From assembly GCA_018398765.1 (NCBI GenBank), contig JAHBMJ010000165.1, positions 1-55,040 on the forward strand: a DNA stretch of 55,040 nucleotides, in the 5' to 3' direction. Positions 38,709-52,237 of this stretch are shown here, in pieces; positions within the stretch are counted from its first letter, which is position 1; each line of letters starts with the position of its first letter. Both the position numbers and the translations under genes were made by a program. The notes beneath the pieces are model-generated. The model had not been told where the DNA came from. It saw nothing but the letters and a program-made list of their open reading frames with translations, and made no database searches. The DNA is from Chromera velia. Taxonomy: Eukaryota.

Positions 38709-40670
38709 ATGGCTCCAAAGCCTCAGCCCAAGAAAAAACTGACGGAGCGACAAAAAGCACTAAAGAAAAACAAAAAAAGCAACCCTGACGAATTTCACGA
38801 AATGGACACGTCTCTTTAGCTTGCTGAAAAACCCAAAAAAATAATTAAGGAGCCACTGAAAAAGAAGGAAAAGGGGAAATCTTCGAATAACAAAAATCAA
38901 AACAATAAGGAAAAGGACACAGAAAAGGAAGTAGAGAGTCAAGACGAACAAATTGAAGAAAACGAAATATAAAAGAATGAGAAAAGGAAGGAAAGTAATA
39001 AGAAGAAAAGAAATGGAGAAGAGAATGAAAGAGAATCAGATGAAGAAAGGACAGATCAACAGACCGATAAAGCGCAGAAGAAGTCATCAGCCAGTTCCAT
39101 ACAAGTACAGAAATAGGATTCGTCTGTCTTGAAGGCATTAGTAACAGAAGGAGTCACATTCAAACCAACAAAAGAAGGAGAATTTGAATTGATGCTTAAT
39201 ATAGACAAACTACCTGTAAAGGAAACGACAGCAGACAGCTCAGCTTTGGTACCCTCACACCTTCCCTCTTTCACACAAAGAGCTGCTCTGCTACCGACTC
39301 TTCCACTGCTGCCAACCCCACACCACTTCTTCAACCCCCTAATTAAAGCAGACATCAATGCATATTCAGGAGAAAGAAAGGATGCACGGAATTTTTGGAG
39401 AGCTTTCGAGATGGATGCCACTGCTTCCCAATGGAACATCACCCAAACCCTGTTTTATTTCCGAAAATCACTGAAAGGAAATGCACTTGACTGCTTTACA
39501 GACATATCCAATAAGAAAATGAACAAAATGCAGACCATCACTGACCTGAAAGACGCATTCTTTTCGAAGTTTGGACTCAAGGAACCACATATAGAGAAGG
39601 CAGAATACAGCTTAGACAACCTGCAGCAAAGAGAAGGAGAGACAATTCAAGAGTATGCTGACAGGTACACTTCCCTTTGTCGATAGGCAAATTCATCGAT
39701 TGAGGATGAAAGACTGATAAAAAAATTCCGGAGAGGACTGTTCGACAAAATCGCAAAGTCGATTCTCATACAAAAGCAATACACCTCATTCGATGAATTA
39801 GTGGGGGTAGCAAAACTGATTTCACACAACAATGGGGCAACTGAGAGACCCAAAAAGTTTTTGGCAGTCGAAGAAACAAATAGTGAAATGATGAAAGGAG
39901 ACAGACTCACCAAGAGCCAGAAGGAAGAGCCCGCACCCTTCATAGAACAACACATCTCCTCGTTGATCAACACGGTCCTGCAGCAGTGTCCCCACAAGCA
40001 ACTTGCAAGAGATGCGGAGGCTCGACCCCTCACGTAAGTGACCAGTGTCCTTTACCACCAGACTGCGAATGCACATATTATGGCAATAAACGACATGGGA
40101 GACCAGCATGTAGAAGACTAAAAAGGGACTTGAAAGTAAATCAATTTACGCCTTTCAGTCTCAGAAAAAGTAGACCTTAACATTAAAAAAAAAATGTAGA
40201 GAAGGAAGGCCGAAAAGAGCAAGGAACACTGAAGACCACGGAGAGAAACAGAAAAAGGGGAGAGGAGAAAGGGAGAGAAAAGGAAGAAAAACAACAAGAA
40301 GGACTAAACAAAAGCAGTCATACACAACCATTTAAACTGACAAAGGGTAGAACTCTTCGTCTTTTCGGTCACAGTATAGTCGTACCTGCAATGATAGACA
40401 GCAGACGTGTGGTGAATCATGGTACACGAACACGTTCGGCAGCAGCTGATAACAGGAAACCCGTCCTTGAAGGCCATTCCTTCACCTCTCTAAATCAAAG
40501 GCGAGGGGGGAAACAAACTTGAGAACGAAAGACTCGTTTCTTTTTTTGTTTGATTTACAGAGAATCAGGAAAACCGAATTTCACATCTCTTCTTTGATGA
40601 GACGCGACTTTTTGTTTGACTTGCATGCGCTTGAAATATACATGTTCTTCAAGACTAGACGGACTCGTGA
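38709..40670 (+). pseudogene. Decayed retrotransposon gag (capsid domain + two Zn knuckles) and aspartic protease
   Basis: YSGERKDARNFWRAFE..LKGNALDCF..DLKDAFFSKF..LQQREGETIQEYADRY (gypsy-type gag); CKRCGGSTPHVSDQC and CTYYGNKRHGRPAC knuckles; VPAMIDS at ~40382 followed by IKGEGGNKL..DFLF. Stops and frameshifts throughout. Confidence 0.85.
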
Positions 40671-42870
40671 TAAAAAACAATCCGTCCACAAAGTGAGAGA
40701 AGTGGTCAAAAAAAAAAAAAAGAGAGAGATAGAAGGTGCAATACTCTCTCACCTATGAAGGATGCCCAAACGAATTGTGGTTGATCAAAGTTAAAGACTG
40801 CGACTGCCCTGCATTCATTCAGTAATTTGAAGCAGAGCAAAGTATAAAAAAGGGAGCCGCTATTCTTAAAGAGCAAGAAAGGAAACTCAGCAGTCAAAGA
40901 AAGAAGACAGATCAAAAAGAGAAAATCATGGTGCAGGAGGGGGAAGACGAAACAAAAGCAACACACTGTGATACAAAAGAGAGACTAGCAGAGCCGAGTG
41001 CGACGCTGGCACTGCATCAAAAACATATAAAAAACAGAATGGAGAACACCCACCTCAGAAAGAGCTGGCAGCCCCAATCACGGGAGGCCAGTTCACATTG
41101 ACCAAGGCGGTGCGCTTCCAGTACTCTCACTTCTGGGGTTGCCGTGGGGAAGGCAGACGTAAACAGGGAGCGAGGAGCCTGAAACTGAAAACCTGCAGAC
41201 ATGGAGAGATGAAATCGTCATTGACTATATTCTCAACGATAATCACATCAACAGTGGAGATCAAGAGTTAGAGCAAGCACCGTTAACAACCAGAAATGGA
41301 AAACGCGCAGGCACTGGAGGTACACAAAAGTCGTGCGTAAGTCAAAAACCACCCAAACAGAGAGAAAAGATAGATAAAATGAACACTTACAAACGAATGA
41401 TCAAATGAATAAAGGATGGACAGGTAGATGTCTGAGTGATTCGGATCAGAATAACCAACTGAACCAAATAAAGGGTACAAAAGATGTAAGGCAAAACAAG
41501 TGGGTCGACAAAAAGACCAACTGAATGACCCCCTAAGAACTGAAAAGGGCTGAATGGAAACAAAACACCTATACACACACACTTACACATCTTCACCCTC
41601 ATTCATACACTCACCTGCACCTACATACACATGAACCCTCCCTAGAGCAGCACCGCGTACCAATCGGTGACTGATGAATAAAGGCAGATAACACAGACCT
41701 GCTGGGTGCACATAACCCACAGCCTCCGACCCTGATGCTTTCGCGGCGAGAAGACGCATGCGCATGCGCACATAAGGTCCCCCAGGGGGTGAGTTGGCCA
41801 CTCACACCACCAGGACCTCCCAGAGAGAGGTAAGGTCACCCGCTCAATCGCTCGTACTAAGCCCCCGTTCCCCAGTATATTATCATCAACCTACATACAC
41901 ATACACACAGTGTGTTACCCCATACACACACAAACACCAAACCGAGCTTTGCGCCCAAGCTCATTCAAAAAAAAAAACTGCCCAAGAAGCAAAACCCGGT
42001 GTTGGGCCTCCGACCTTAACAGTAATCTGAAGATGAGCCCGATGAAAAGAGGTGAATACACTCATTTTTACCTAAAAGTTAGAGAGGAAGAAGCACGAGA
42101 AGAAACCAAATGCCATACTAAAGAAGAGAAGCAAAGTCAACAAATAGCAAAAGGTTCCTCAAAGAATCACCCACTCATATATGCACACTCAAATAGATGT
42201 CTTTCAGAGCAGATGGGATGAGAGAGGGAGCCAGACAAATGAAATAAGACGACTGGCAGGCAAATGAAATCACAGGAGAAAATCAATTCAATGAAATTGA
42301 ACGAAATGGTGAATGGTGCAGAGACAAGCAAATCAAAGCCAGACAGCGAGAACACAGGAAGACAGTCTGTCAAGAAAGCACAAAGCCGACAAGCTCTTCC
42401 AAACAAAATAGAGGCAGAGAAGTGCAAAACGCGAACTCGCAGCAAACTTGACATCGAACAGCTGAGTCACTACCTTGCATGAATGGACTGACTCCTCTTC
42501 CCGAGCCTCTCTCTGTCGCGTGACAAAGATCCCCCTACAGGAAGAAAGATGAGATAAAGAAGGTTGATAACGGGGGCCACAAGTAGGCAACATCGAGACC
42601 AAGAAGAGCATGAAGAATGCCACCGCCTTGCACGCAAAGGCGAGTAGACGACCAAGACTATTGGCAAGAAGATAGAGATGAACTTGATAAACTCAACCCA
42701 GGAGATCAAAGCAATGACGTAGAAGCAGGCGGCAGTGATGATTGAGGAGTCACCGGGAGGAAGAGGGAGACAAGGAAGTGGACAAAACCGATGTCGAAGG
42801 CGACAACGCCCATGGAGACGGGAAGAGACATCGGGTTCCAGAGGAGCAAGGACAACGACGACAGGGGCAA

Positions 42871-42990
42871 CGTGGACGTAGGCATCGTGATCTTTGCCGT
42901 GGATGTAGGTATAGTGATTCTTGCCGTGGGTGTAGGCATAGTGATCCTTGCCGTGGATGTAGGCATACTGATCCTTGTCCAGGATGTGGC
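42871..42990. repeat. 27-bp tandem repeat (~4 copies) inside the LTR element
   Basis: Units of CGTGGATGTAGGCATAGTGATCCTTGC type. Confidence 0.88.
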
Positions 42991-43891
42991 GATGTAGAAG
43001 AGGTCAGAGATGGAGGAGGATCGCCTTGCATCAGAATATAAACACGGGGAAATGCGAGACGGAGGCAAGGTGGATGTAGCAATGTAGAAGAGGTTGGAGA
43101 ACAAAGACGTGGAGAGCATCTGCAAGCACAAGGACAAGGGAGACTAAGAATGACTTGAACAACATAAGGTACAAGATCAACGTGAAGCCTAGAGTAAAGC
43201 TCTTGAAGGACGAGAATAACGAGGCCACAGGGCACTCGCTCTGACCGGGATGATGGAGGACTCCAGAGGTAGAGGCCAGCCAGAGAGTCGCCACGAAAGT
43301 GAGGAAAAGGTTCCAAGAAGGGGCCAGACGAAGCGATTGCAGAATAGAAACGAAGTTAAAGGAGACGGAAGAACAACACCGCTTTGAAGTGAGGGAGACT
43401 TATGAAGAAAAGAGAACTAATGCTTGAAGGGAGAGTCGCCAAAGATGCGTAAAGAGTGATAAAGATGTTGCGGTTAAATCGGAGCATCGAAGGAGGGATC
43501 GATCGTGCCATGTACGTGCTTCACGGAAATTTTTTCATCGAAATGTTCCGATCGAAAATAAGAAAAACGCCCCGGCCGAAAAACACGTGTTGCATCGTAC
43601 ACGTGTTGCATTGCATGACATGTTGCACTCACAGCTATATGGGCCCATTTGCATGAAGGACCTTAGCGCTTTCTGCGGGGGCCATCCGATTTTGCCCGCG
43701 CGAACTGAAGGATGTGCTGGAATGCCGGGGCCTTTTTAACAACCCCGCGCGCCGCGTGCGCGAGATCTTGAGGGGCCGTCGGTATGCCAGAAAACCACAT
43801 GCAAAGGCACGGAAAGGCACAAAAAGATATAGAAAGGGGCGAATGCTATGAGATAAGATCATGCATGAATCGAACGTGGAATCTCGATCTT

Positions 43892-43904
43892 AGAAAGGGG
43901 CGAA
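43892..43904 (+). promoter_or_regulatory. Polypurine tract of the LTR element
   Basis: AGAAAGGGGCGAA immediately before the 3' LTR. Confidence 0.85.
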
Positions 43905-44367
43905 TGCTATACGCTACTTAAGAACAGCTAGAAAGAAAATAGAAATTAAATGAATTGATTGTGGTTTAAAGTAATACTGAGCAAAAGAGAATCATATGCA
44001 TCACTCGCCTTTATGACCTAATGGTTAGCATACAACACTAACAAGCAACAGGTAATAGGTTTAAGCCTCGCTACCTCCTTTTTAAAAATAAAAAAAAAAA
44101 GATGCATGACGTTAACGTCTTGTATCATACAGATGTTGGCCTGTCGCAATTCGTTCGAAATCAGATGAAAGACTTCCGAAAGACTTGCTGAAAGACTACA
44201 ATGAAATCAGAACGATCATCAAATTGCAAGAAATCTCCATGCTTCTAACATCGATCGAGTCTGTCACTGGAGATCGACCTGAACCACTCCAGTAACATCA
44301 AGCCCTGAAGACCCTTGAACCTCTGCAAGCACTTACCAGCGCCAACCCCTCTAAGTAGACCTTAACA
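43905..44367 (+). repeat. 3' LTR (463 bp)
   Basis: TGCTATACGC...GACCTTAACA followed by TSD ACGG. Confidence 0.95.
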
Positions 44368-44591
44368 ACGGTAAAGGGCCCGGCGGGGGTACTCCTGTGT
44401 TCCACTCCCTAGGGCCCAGCAGAGATACTCTTCTACTCCAGTATATGTTCAGAAAAATATAACATTTATTTAATATCATATTTTTAATGAATTAAAAGTT
44501 TTTAATGAAATAAAGCACTCATATGTATAAAAGTTTAGTATTCAAATTTCTAAATACTGTATGATCGTGCCGGTATATGAAAAAACAAATA

Positions 44592-44933
44592 TCTCTACTA
44601 CTAAAAGTTTAGAATCACTAAACATCACTGTCATGGTAGCGCCTATAGTAGCGGCTAGCAGTATGTAGATAAAACACACAGATATAAAAGATTAAAAAAG
44701 ATCTCGTAACATTAGCTAGACAGTTCAATCTATTAATTTATTCTTTTTGCTTGATCAGTGCATGATAATATTATTATATTATTATGGTTAGATTCGGTTT
44801 ACGCGGATAGAGTTTTAATAAAAGAAGGTCTTTTAGCTTGGTCTAGCTTGCCCTGCTAGGCTGCTACGAAGAAATAGTGGCGGCGCCTAGGGCGGCACCA
44901 GTTAACGGCCGCTAAGCGGCGCAAGAAACTAAC
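44592..44933 (+). mobile_element. Possible short non-autonomous Helitron remnant
   Basis: 5' A|TCTCTACTACTAAAAG; 3' hairpin GCCGCTAAGCGGC followed ~8 nt later by CTAA. The 3' end is imperfect. Confidence 0.3.
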
Positions 44934-45844
44934 TCTTTGTGATGCTGTGTAGTTCGGGAAAAAACAAATCGATGATCGATGTAGCAGAGAACATATTACT
45001 TTTATACGCTTCATTGATTGGTGAAGACTTCATTCAAGACAGGAGTTTGCAGAAGTCGAACAACTTTCTCGAGCGAGAGAGCTGGGTATAAAGTGCATGT
45101 ATTCCGATCGATCGTTGTTATGATCATTGGTTCTCTGCATTTCCCAAGGCGTACGGAATACAGATCGGAAGACCATCATAGCAGGTCACCGTGCCTCCGC
45201 TCGATCTCTGTCTGAGACTTCAATGCTTTCATGAACGTCCAGCTGTTCATCCGCTGTCATGTGACGTAAATCTGAAGACAAAAAAGAGGAAGGGTGCGAA
45301 GGCTCTTGATATCCCTCCCTCTCTCCCTCCCTGCCTTCTTCTCTCTCTCTCTCTCCCTCTCTCTCTCCGTCTCGATGACTTGTCCTTCGGTCTCATCGTC
45401 ACCGATCCCGTATTAGTCTGTCTACCCATGCATCGCCATGCACGCAGCCTGTCCATCCGTCCATCTGTCTAGCTGTCTGACTGTATTTATCTGCACGTCT
45501 GTGTCTCTAGCTGAGTCTGTAGGATGCTTGCTAGTTTCAGGGAGGACCGGAAGGTGGACCAGAGAATTTAATTAAAGAGAGGCTGAGCCAGCCAAGCTCT
45601 TTTCTTGAGACAGAACTACATTGTCGACGGCAGGAGGAGAAAAAGCGAAAGCAGCAAGTCCAAGCAAGACGGGAAGCGAACCACAACTCCCTCCCATGCA
45701 GCTCAATTAACCGGACGAGATGAGATCATTCAGTCCAGGTCTGTATGTCGAGCGAAGGACGGAGGATGATTGCAAACACATACAATCGGCTTGAAGTCTC
45801 CGCTTTTTCAAGTCAGCCAGTCAAAAAGCTCCTACAAAGACGGG

Positions 45845-45875
<31 letters not shown>

Positions 45876-46497
45876 ACAGAATCGAAGAAATTTAGACGAA
45901 GAAGAGACAGGCCTTCAGTGAGAGAAACAGTTCGTCACCTCACACAGCCAGACCGTGTGCCCGTAAAAATGACTCAGCGGAACAGCACAGAAAAACTCGT
46001 TTTGAACGCATCCAGTTTCCCTTTTGTATTCTTCTCTGTACGCCTTGCAGGCTTCGAGAGGAGGAGATGTTTTACGGAGATCCCTTTCAAAGAAGGACGG
46101 TGCAGCAGGGAGAAAAGCAAGCAAGGAGAGAAGGAAACAAGGAAGCAATGTCTGATAGAAAAGAAACACAAAAAGGATGCATGATCGACTGACACATAGA
46201 AGAGCACGCAAACCTGGGCATGCAGAAAGAATGGGGGAAAAGAATCAAAGAAAAGTGTCGGAATTCAAGGTGGGGGTCTCATGACGGAAGAAGAAACGAA
46301 AAACTGGACGCATTGACGGAAACATCAATACACCAGTGAATGGAAAACCAAATGAACTGGACAGACACGACGAAATCAACGCAAACATCAAAAACAACAT
46401 TTGAAAGCGAATCGATCTTCAGGCCAACAAAATGCAAAGAAAAGGACAACCCATCTGCACGAGAAGACCGCCACACAGACACACAGATAAGGAGAAG

Positions 46498-46531
<34 letters not shown>

Positions 46532-48528
46532 GAGACAGACAGACGCGGGGAGCGGTACAGGGAAAGATGAGACGCCTTAGTAGTCAACAAAGTGCGCACG
46601 CAACAAACGTTCTCCCTTTCCCAAGCTTGATCGAGACGGCCTGTCCAAGTGCACACACCCACACCTGCAGGCCTGTGCATGCCTCCCCAAGAAAAGGCGG
46701 AGGAGCACTTGAGTCTTGGAAAAGAACAAAAAGGGAACAAACACACACCAGACGACACAGGCTTGACTGTAATGAAATGAAAGTGGAGACTGACCATGAT
46801 TAGTGCTGTGTTTTCCGAACAACACTCTCTAAGTGTGATCGAGCAACAAAAAACAGAACGTCTATGCCGTTTTGCAGTGGTCCTCTGTCTTTGAATCTCT
46901 GTACATCTTTTCGTTTCAAACGCACCAAGCCGCCCGGCCCCACCCCCCATACAGAGAGGAAGAAAGAGAAACGGGGGAAATAGGAGAGAGAACAGCGAGT
47001 CGATGCAAAGCCAGAAACAGAAAATCATTTCTGGCTGGTTTGTCTCAGCATCCGTCCATGCACTTAACTTGGCACTGTTATCAGGCAGCAAGTGAGGAAA
47101 CCTGGCAGAGGGTCCATCAGCAGGAATCAGCGACACCCTCGGATCAGATCAGATCGATCGATCGAAAGAATTTCATGAAAGGACACACGCATGCAGATTT
47201 CATTCATCTACTCTTGAGAGAGAATTTAAAAGACCCCAGAGGATCGTTGCATGGGGACGCATGCAGACTCGAACGAACGTGCGGTGCGGAAGAAGGAATA
47301 AGCGGATCGATGTTAGAGTAGAAGTGGGAAGGGTGCGTGATACATGCAGGAATAGAATGGAAAGGAGATAAAATTTTGTGAGAGTCACAAAACAGCATCA
47401 GAGAGGAGCACTTTCACACATGCACAAGAAAGATGACGGGACCTGAGAATTAGAGAGTGAAAAGGGGGAACGAGGCTATTGAAACAACGAAAAAATGGAA
47501 TAAACTTTAACTAAAGAGAAATATTTTTTTTACCCAAGTGCGTTGATCAACGTTCGCAGCCGCGGAGCACTCGTGGAGCCGCTCCTTCTTTTTCAGGGCA
47601 TCTTTTCTTGCGTTTCTGTTACTTCTCTTTCAACACACGAGCAGAGACGAAATAGATCGAGAGAAGGAAGCGGGAGTGCGATTTAACTTGGAGATCAGTA
47701 GGGAGAGATCATAGATGAGACAGATCCGTATAAGTGCCGACGGAAGGCGCCCATAAGCTACGTCAAAAGTAGAAGCAAGAAAGAGTAATTGCACCAACCA
47801 AACAGCATGTGGGATAGACGAGAGAAGAAAAGAGAAGGCAGAATGTCAAAGAGGGAGAAGAAAGGCCAACGAAAACGGCAGATTAACAGGTGGATAGAAA
47901 GAGAGGTGCGCGGCCAAAGCGCGCGTCAGAGAGGTCTAAATGCCTCAATTCTCTCTCTTCCACCCCCCCGCCGTTCTTCCGTCTCTTTAACTGGTTCCTG
48001 GAAAACACGTGTACTTAACTGACTGACTATGAGAAGGATGACTTTGACCTCCATCAACGGACGGACAATGAAGACAGGACAAGGTAAATGGAGCGGCCAA
48101 GCAGTACGAAGCAAGAAGAGAAGAGGTTGTTTACCCTCATTCTGCCTCTGCCAAGACTTTCTTTCAGTCCCTCTCTCAGTCAGCACTCTCTCTGGCCTCC
48201 ACTTCCAGCCTGCCTGCCTGCCTGTCTCGATTCCCTTTTTTCCTTTTCTCACTTAATTTCCACCCCTTTTTCTTCTCTCTTTCGTTGCAGTTGAGAATCC
48301 AATCTTTCTCATTTGAACACAATCATACATCTGGGAGCTGCGTGGACTCTCGTTCTCTCATCTTGCCCCGGGCCAGGAGGCTGAGTCACTTATCCATCTT
48401 TTTTGTCACTCTGCACGTCTCTGTGTTTTCATCAGGTGTGGAGCTGGCCAGAATCAATTAAGGGCTTGGCTTTGGTGTCGATTGGTTTTTGTCTGAGAAT
48501 CGGTGGAGGGGGAAGAGAGATAAATTTA

Positions 48529-49465
<937 letters not shown>

Positions 49466-50383
49466 CTTCTTAATCGGTAGAAATTGGAGTGAAAGCCCAA
49501 AATGCAGCGCTTGTCGATGTGTCGATATTGATACAAGAGACAGAACAACAGTTGCAATAATATATATATGTGAGGTTACGATTGCAGGTGAACTTCAAGG
49601 AGTGTTCAACAATTTCGCCTTGAGGAATGGAACTAAGGAAAACTTTTCGAGGATTGGCTGTGGTACCTTCCGGCCGACTGAAACTCCATCTAGCTCTAGC
49701 TGGCAATTATAACAGCTATAGCTTTCGATCAAGTACTAGCTCTTGATCAGCAAAATCGGTTTTTGTTTAATTTTCTGCATGGATTGTTCGCCGGCTTCGA
49801 GAGGGCCTCGATCGCGGACCCCGGCCATGCAGAAATTGACGCACGCGCGCATGCATGCATGCACGCGCATATCGGTTGAATTAAGTACGGCATAGTACGG
49901 CCCGGTGCATGGATGCCGGGGCCCTTCGTCACTGAGGTGTGCATGGTTCATGATTGTGTGCCGTCTCCTAGCTTGGTCCACAATTTTCCACATTAGAGTT
50001 CGAGGGCTTCATGCGTAGGCTGTCTGGGTATGTCACAGTGCATGTGTCTGAGGGCGGCAGTGGAGAGGTATTGGAGAGGTGGTCAAAAATCGGTCTCTGG
50101 TACGCCAGCTTGCAACTCTTCGAAATCCAAAAAGGTTTTCTGAAATCACTCAGATTCACTCAGCGTCACTGAAATGCAGTCTATCCGATTCTTCTCCGTC
50201 TCCACGAATTGACTGCGGAGCAGTGCTTCTAACGGCATCTAACTGCCCTTTGGAAGGCAGACAGTGCGAGAGGCACCCTCTTCCTCCGCAGTCGTGTGAT
50301 TTCTTTCACCGACCCTTTCTATTCCCTTCGACGTTCCGACCAGCAGCTTCCTGGCAGCTGACTGCTTTCCCCTGCTTCATCCG

Positions 50384-51884
50384 ATGGTGCGTTGCTCATT
50401 GGGTGCACCAATTTCATGTGCGCGGCTCTGGAGAGGACCTTTCTTTTTTGCCCTCTCCTCTTCAGCATCTCCCTATCAAACTCAGCTCTGTTCTTTTATG
50501 CGTGTACTTTCTTTCTTTTTCCTCTTCCTTTCTGTCCGTCTGTCTGTCGGTCGGTCTGCCTGCCTGTCTGTCGGTCTTGAATGCAACAGAAATAAAGCAA
50601 AAAGTCAGCCATGAATGAGTTAATAAAAGGGAAAGAGAGGAAACGATATCTGTTGTGTTCATGACCAGAGGGAGCGAAAAGAAAGAACCAAATGGTCTGT
50701 TTGCTGGAAAGGAAACAAGAACGAAAAAGGAAAAGAAAGTCGTATTGTCTGTCTGTCTGTCTGTCTGTCTGTCTAAAGAAATGGCAAGCTTGTCTTTCCG
50801 CTCGACTCCCTCCATCTCTCTCTCCCCCCCTCTAAATGCGTAAATGTATTCCTTGGTGTTCTTGTGCAGCTTTTCTTCAGCTTCTTCCAAACGCTCGTAG
50901 AGCGCTCAGCCTACGTGACGGTGGAGCTTAAAAATGATCTTCTCCTCTCTGGCACGCTGATGTCCGTAGACCAGTTCTTGAACATCAAACTGAACAACGT
51001 CCAGGTGAACGATCCGGAAAAGTATCCCCACCTGGTCAGGAACTGACAGACAGGTAGAGCACAAACAGACACTTCTTATGTATCGACTCTTCCCGTTATC
51101 CTTTCACGAGCCCCCCTCATTTGGGGCAAGTGCTTCTTTGTTTATATATCCACAGTCAGATCGACTTTGCCGTCTTTCTGAGACGCTCTGTTCCCCTTCC
51201 CCCCCTTCCACGTTTCTTTTTTGTCTACACAAATCCTTTGATCTCTCTTTTTCTGTCTATCCATAAACCGATCTCTGTTCCGCGAATCTCATGAGCCACG
51301 ACGCCTTCTTTTCCTTTGCCCCACTCGGCTCTCTCCAGGGAGCACTCCAAGGACCACTCACTCTCCCGTTTCGAATTTCTTCGGCTTCTCCTTTCGACCT
51401 TCCTTACATGATTTTTTCCACCGTTGCTGCTACCGTGATGCATCAGAGCGTGTCTGGGGCCTCTTATGCGTCTGCATCTGCCTTGCTGCGTCCTGTGAAA
51501 TCCATCCCGCCACTCTGTTTCTGTCCCCAGCTCACCTCTTTCCGGAGCACCTGTGGGTATTTATTTTGTAGTCTATGTGAACGTTCACATTTTGTGTGGC
51601 TGCGCGTACGAGAAGTTGCTGTAGCAGCTGTCTGCGTTCGGCGTGTCAATTCAGTGATCATCGCTCCCACTTTCCCCTCTGTGCTCCAATCTCTTTCCTT
51701 TTTCCCTTCATGCCTTTTTCTGCCTCGATCTGTCTGTCTCTTCCTGTTGTCCAGCTCCTTCCTCGGCTTCAAACGTTCACGAGCTGCATGCACCTGTTTT
51801 GCGTTCCCAGCTCGTGCGTGTTGCTCTGCGTTCCCACCTTGATTCTCTCCGACACTCGGTCGCTTTTTCCATCTTTCTCGCTCA

Positions 51885-51928
<44 letters not shown>

Positions 51929-51973
51929 AGGGAAAAAGAAAAAACGAAGTCTGTCTGTCTGTCTGTCTGTCTG

Positions 51974-52014
<41 letters not shown>

Positions 52015-52237
52015 GTGTGTGTGTGTGTGCGTGCGTGCGTGTGTGTGTGAGTGCGGGTGCGTTCCGATCGACAAAACTTGTGGGTGCATTCTTCTGCAGT
52101 TGTCTGTGAAGAACTGCTTCATTCGTGGTTCGGTTGTCCGTTACCTTCACTTGCCGTCCTCGGAGGTGGACACAGACGTTCTTCAGCAGAGTTGTCGGAA
52201 GGAACTCAAGCAGGCGAGTGCCGAGAAGAAAAAATGA
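50384..52237 (+). CDS. LSM2: U6 snRNA-associated Sm-like protein LSm2, 101 aa; exons 50384-50386 (ATG only, inferred), 50870-51034, 52100-52237
   Basis: M|LFFSFFQTL..VTVELKNDL..GTL.SVDQFLNIKL..DPEKYPHL|LSVKNCFIRGSVVRY is the LSm2 signature. Confidence 0.95.

Larger units (their letters stand above)
36961..44367 (+). mobile_element. Non-autonomous LTR retrotransposon (Ty3/gypsy-like gag + protease, no recognisable RT/IN), 7.4 kb, intact ends
   Basis: Two TG...CA LTRs, 4-bp TSD ACGG (36957-36960 and 44368-44371), PBS after the 5' LTR, PPT before the 3' LTR, decayed gag/protease inside. Confidence 0.93.

Noticed and set aside
45200..48500. Candidate small downstream exons of the hypothetical gene (e.g. 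~47534-47615 NARKDALKKKERLHE)
   Set aside because: I could not build a unique phase-consistent chain without transcript data.
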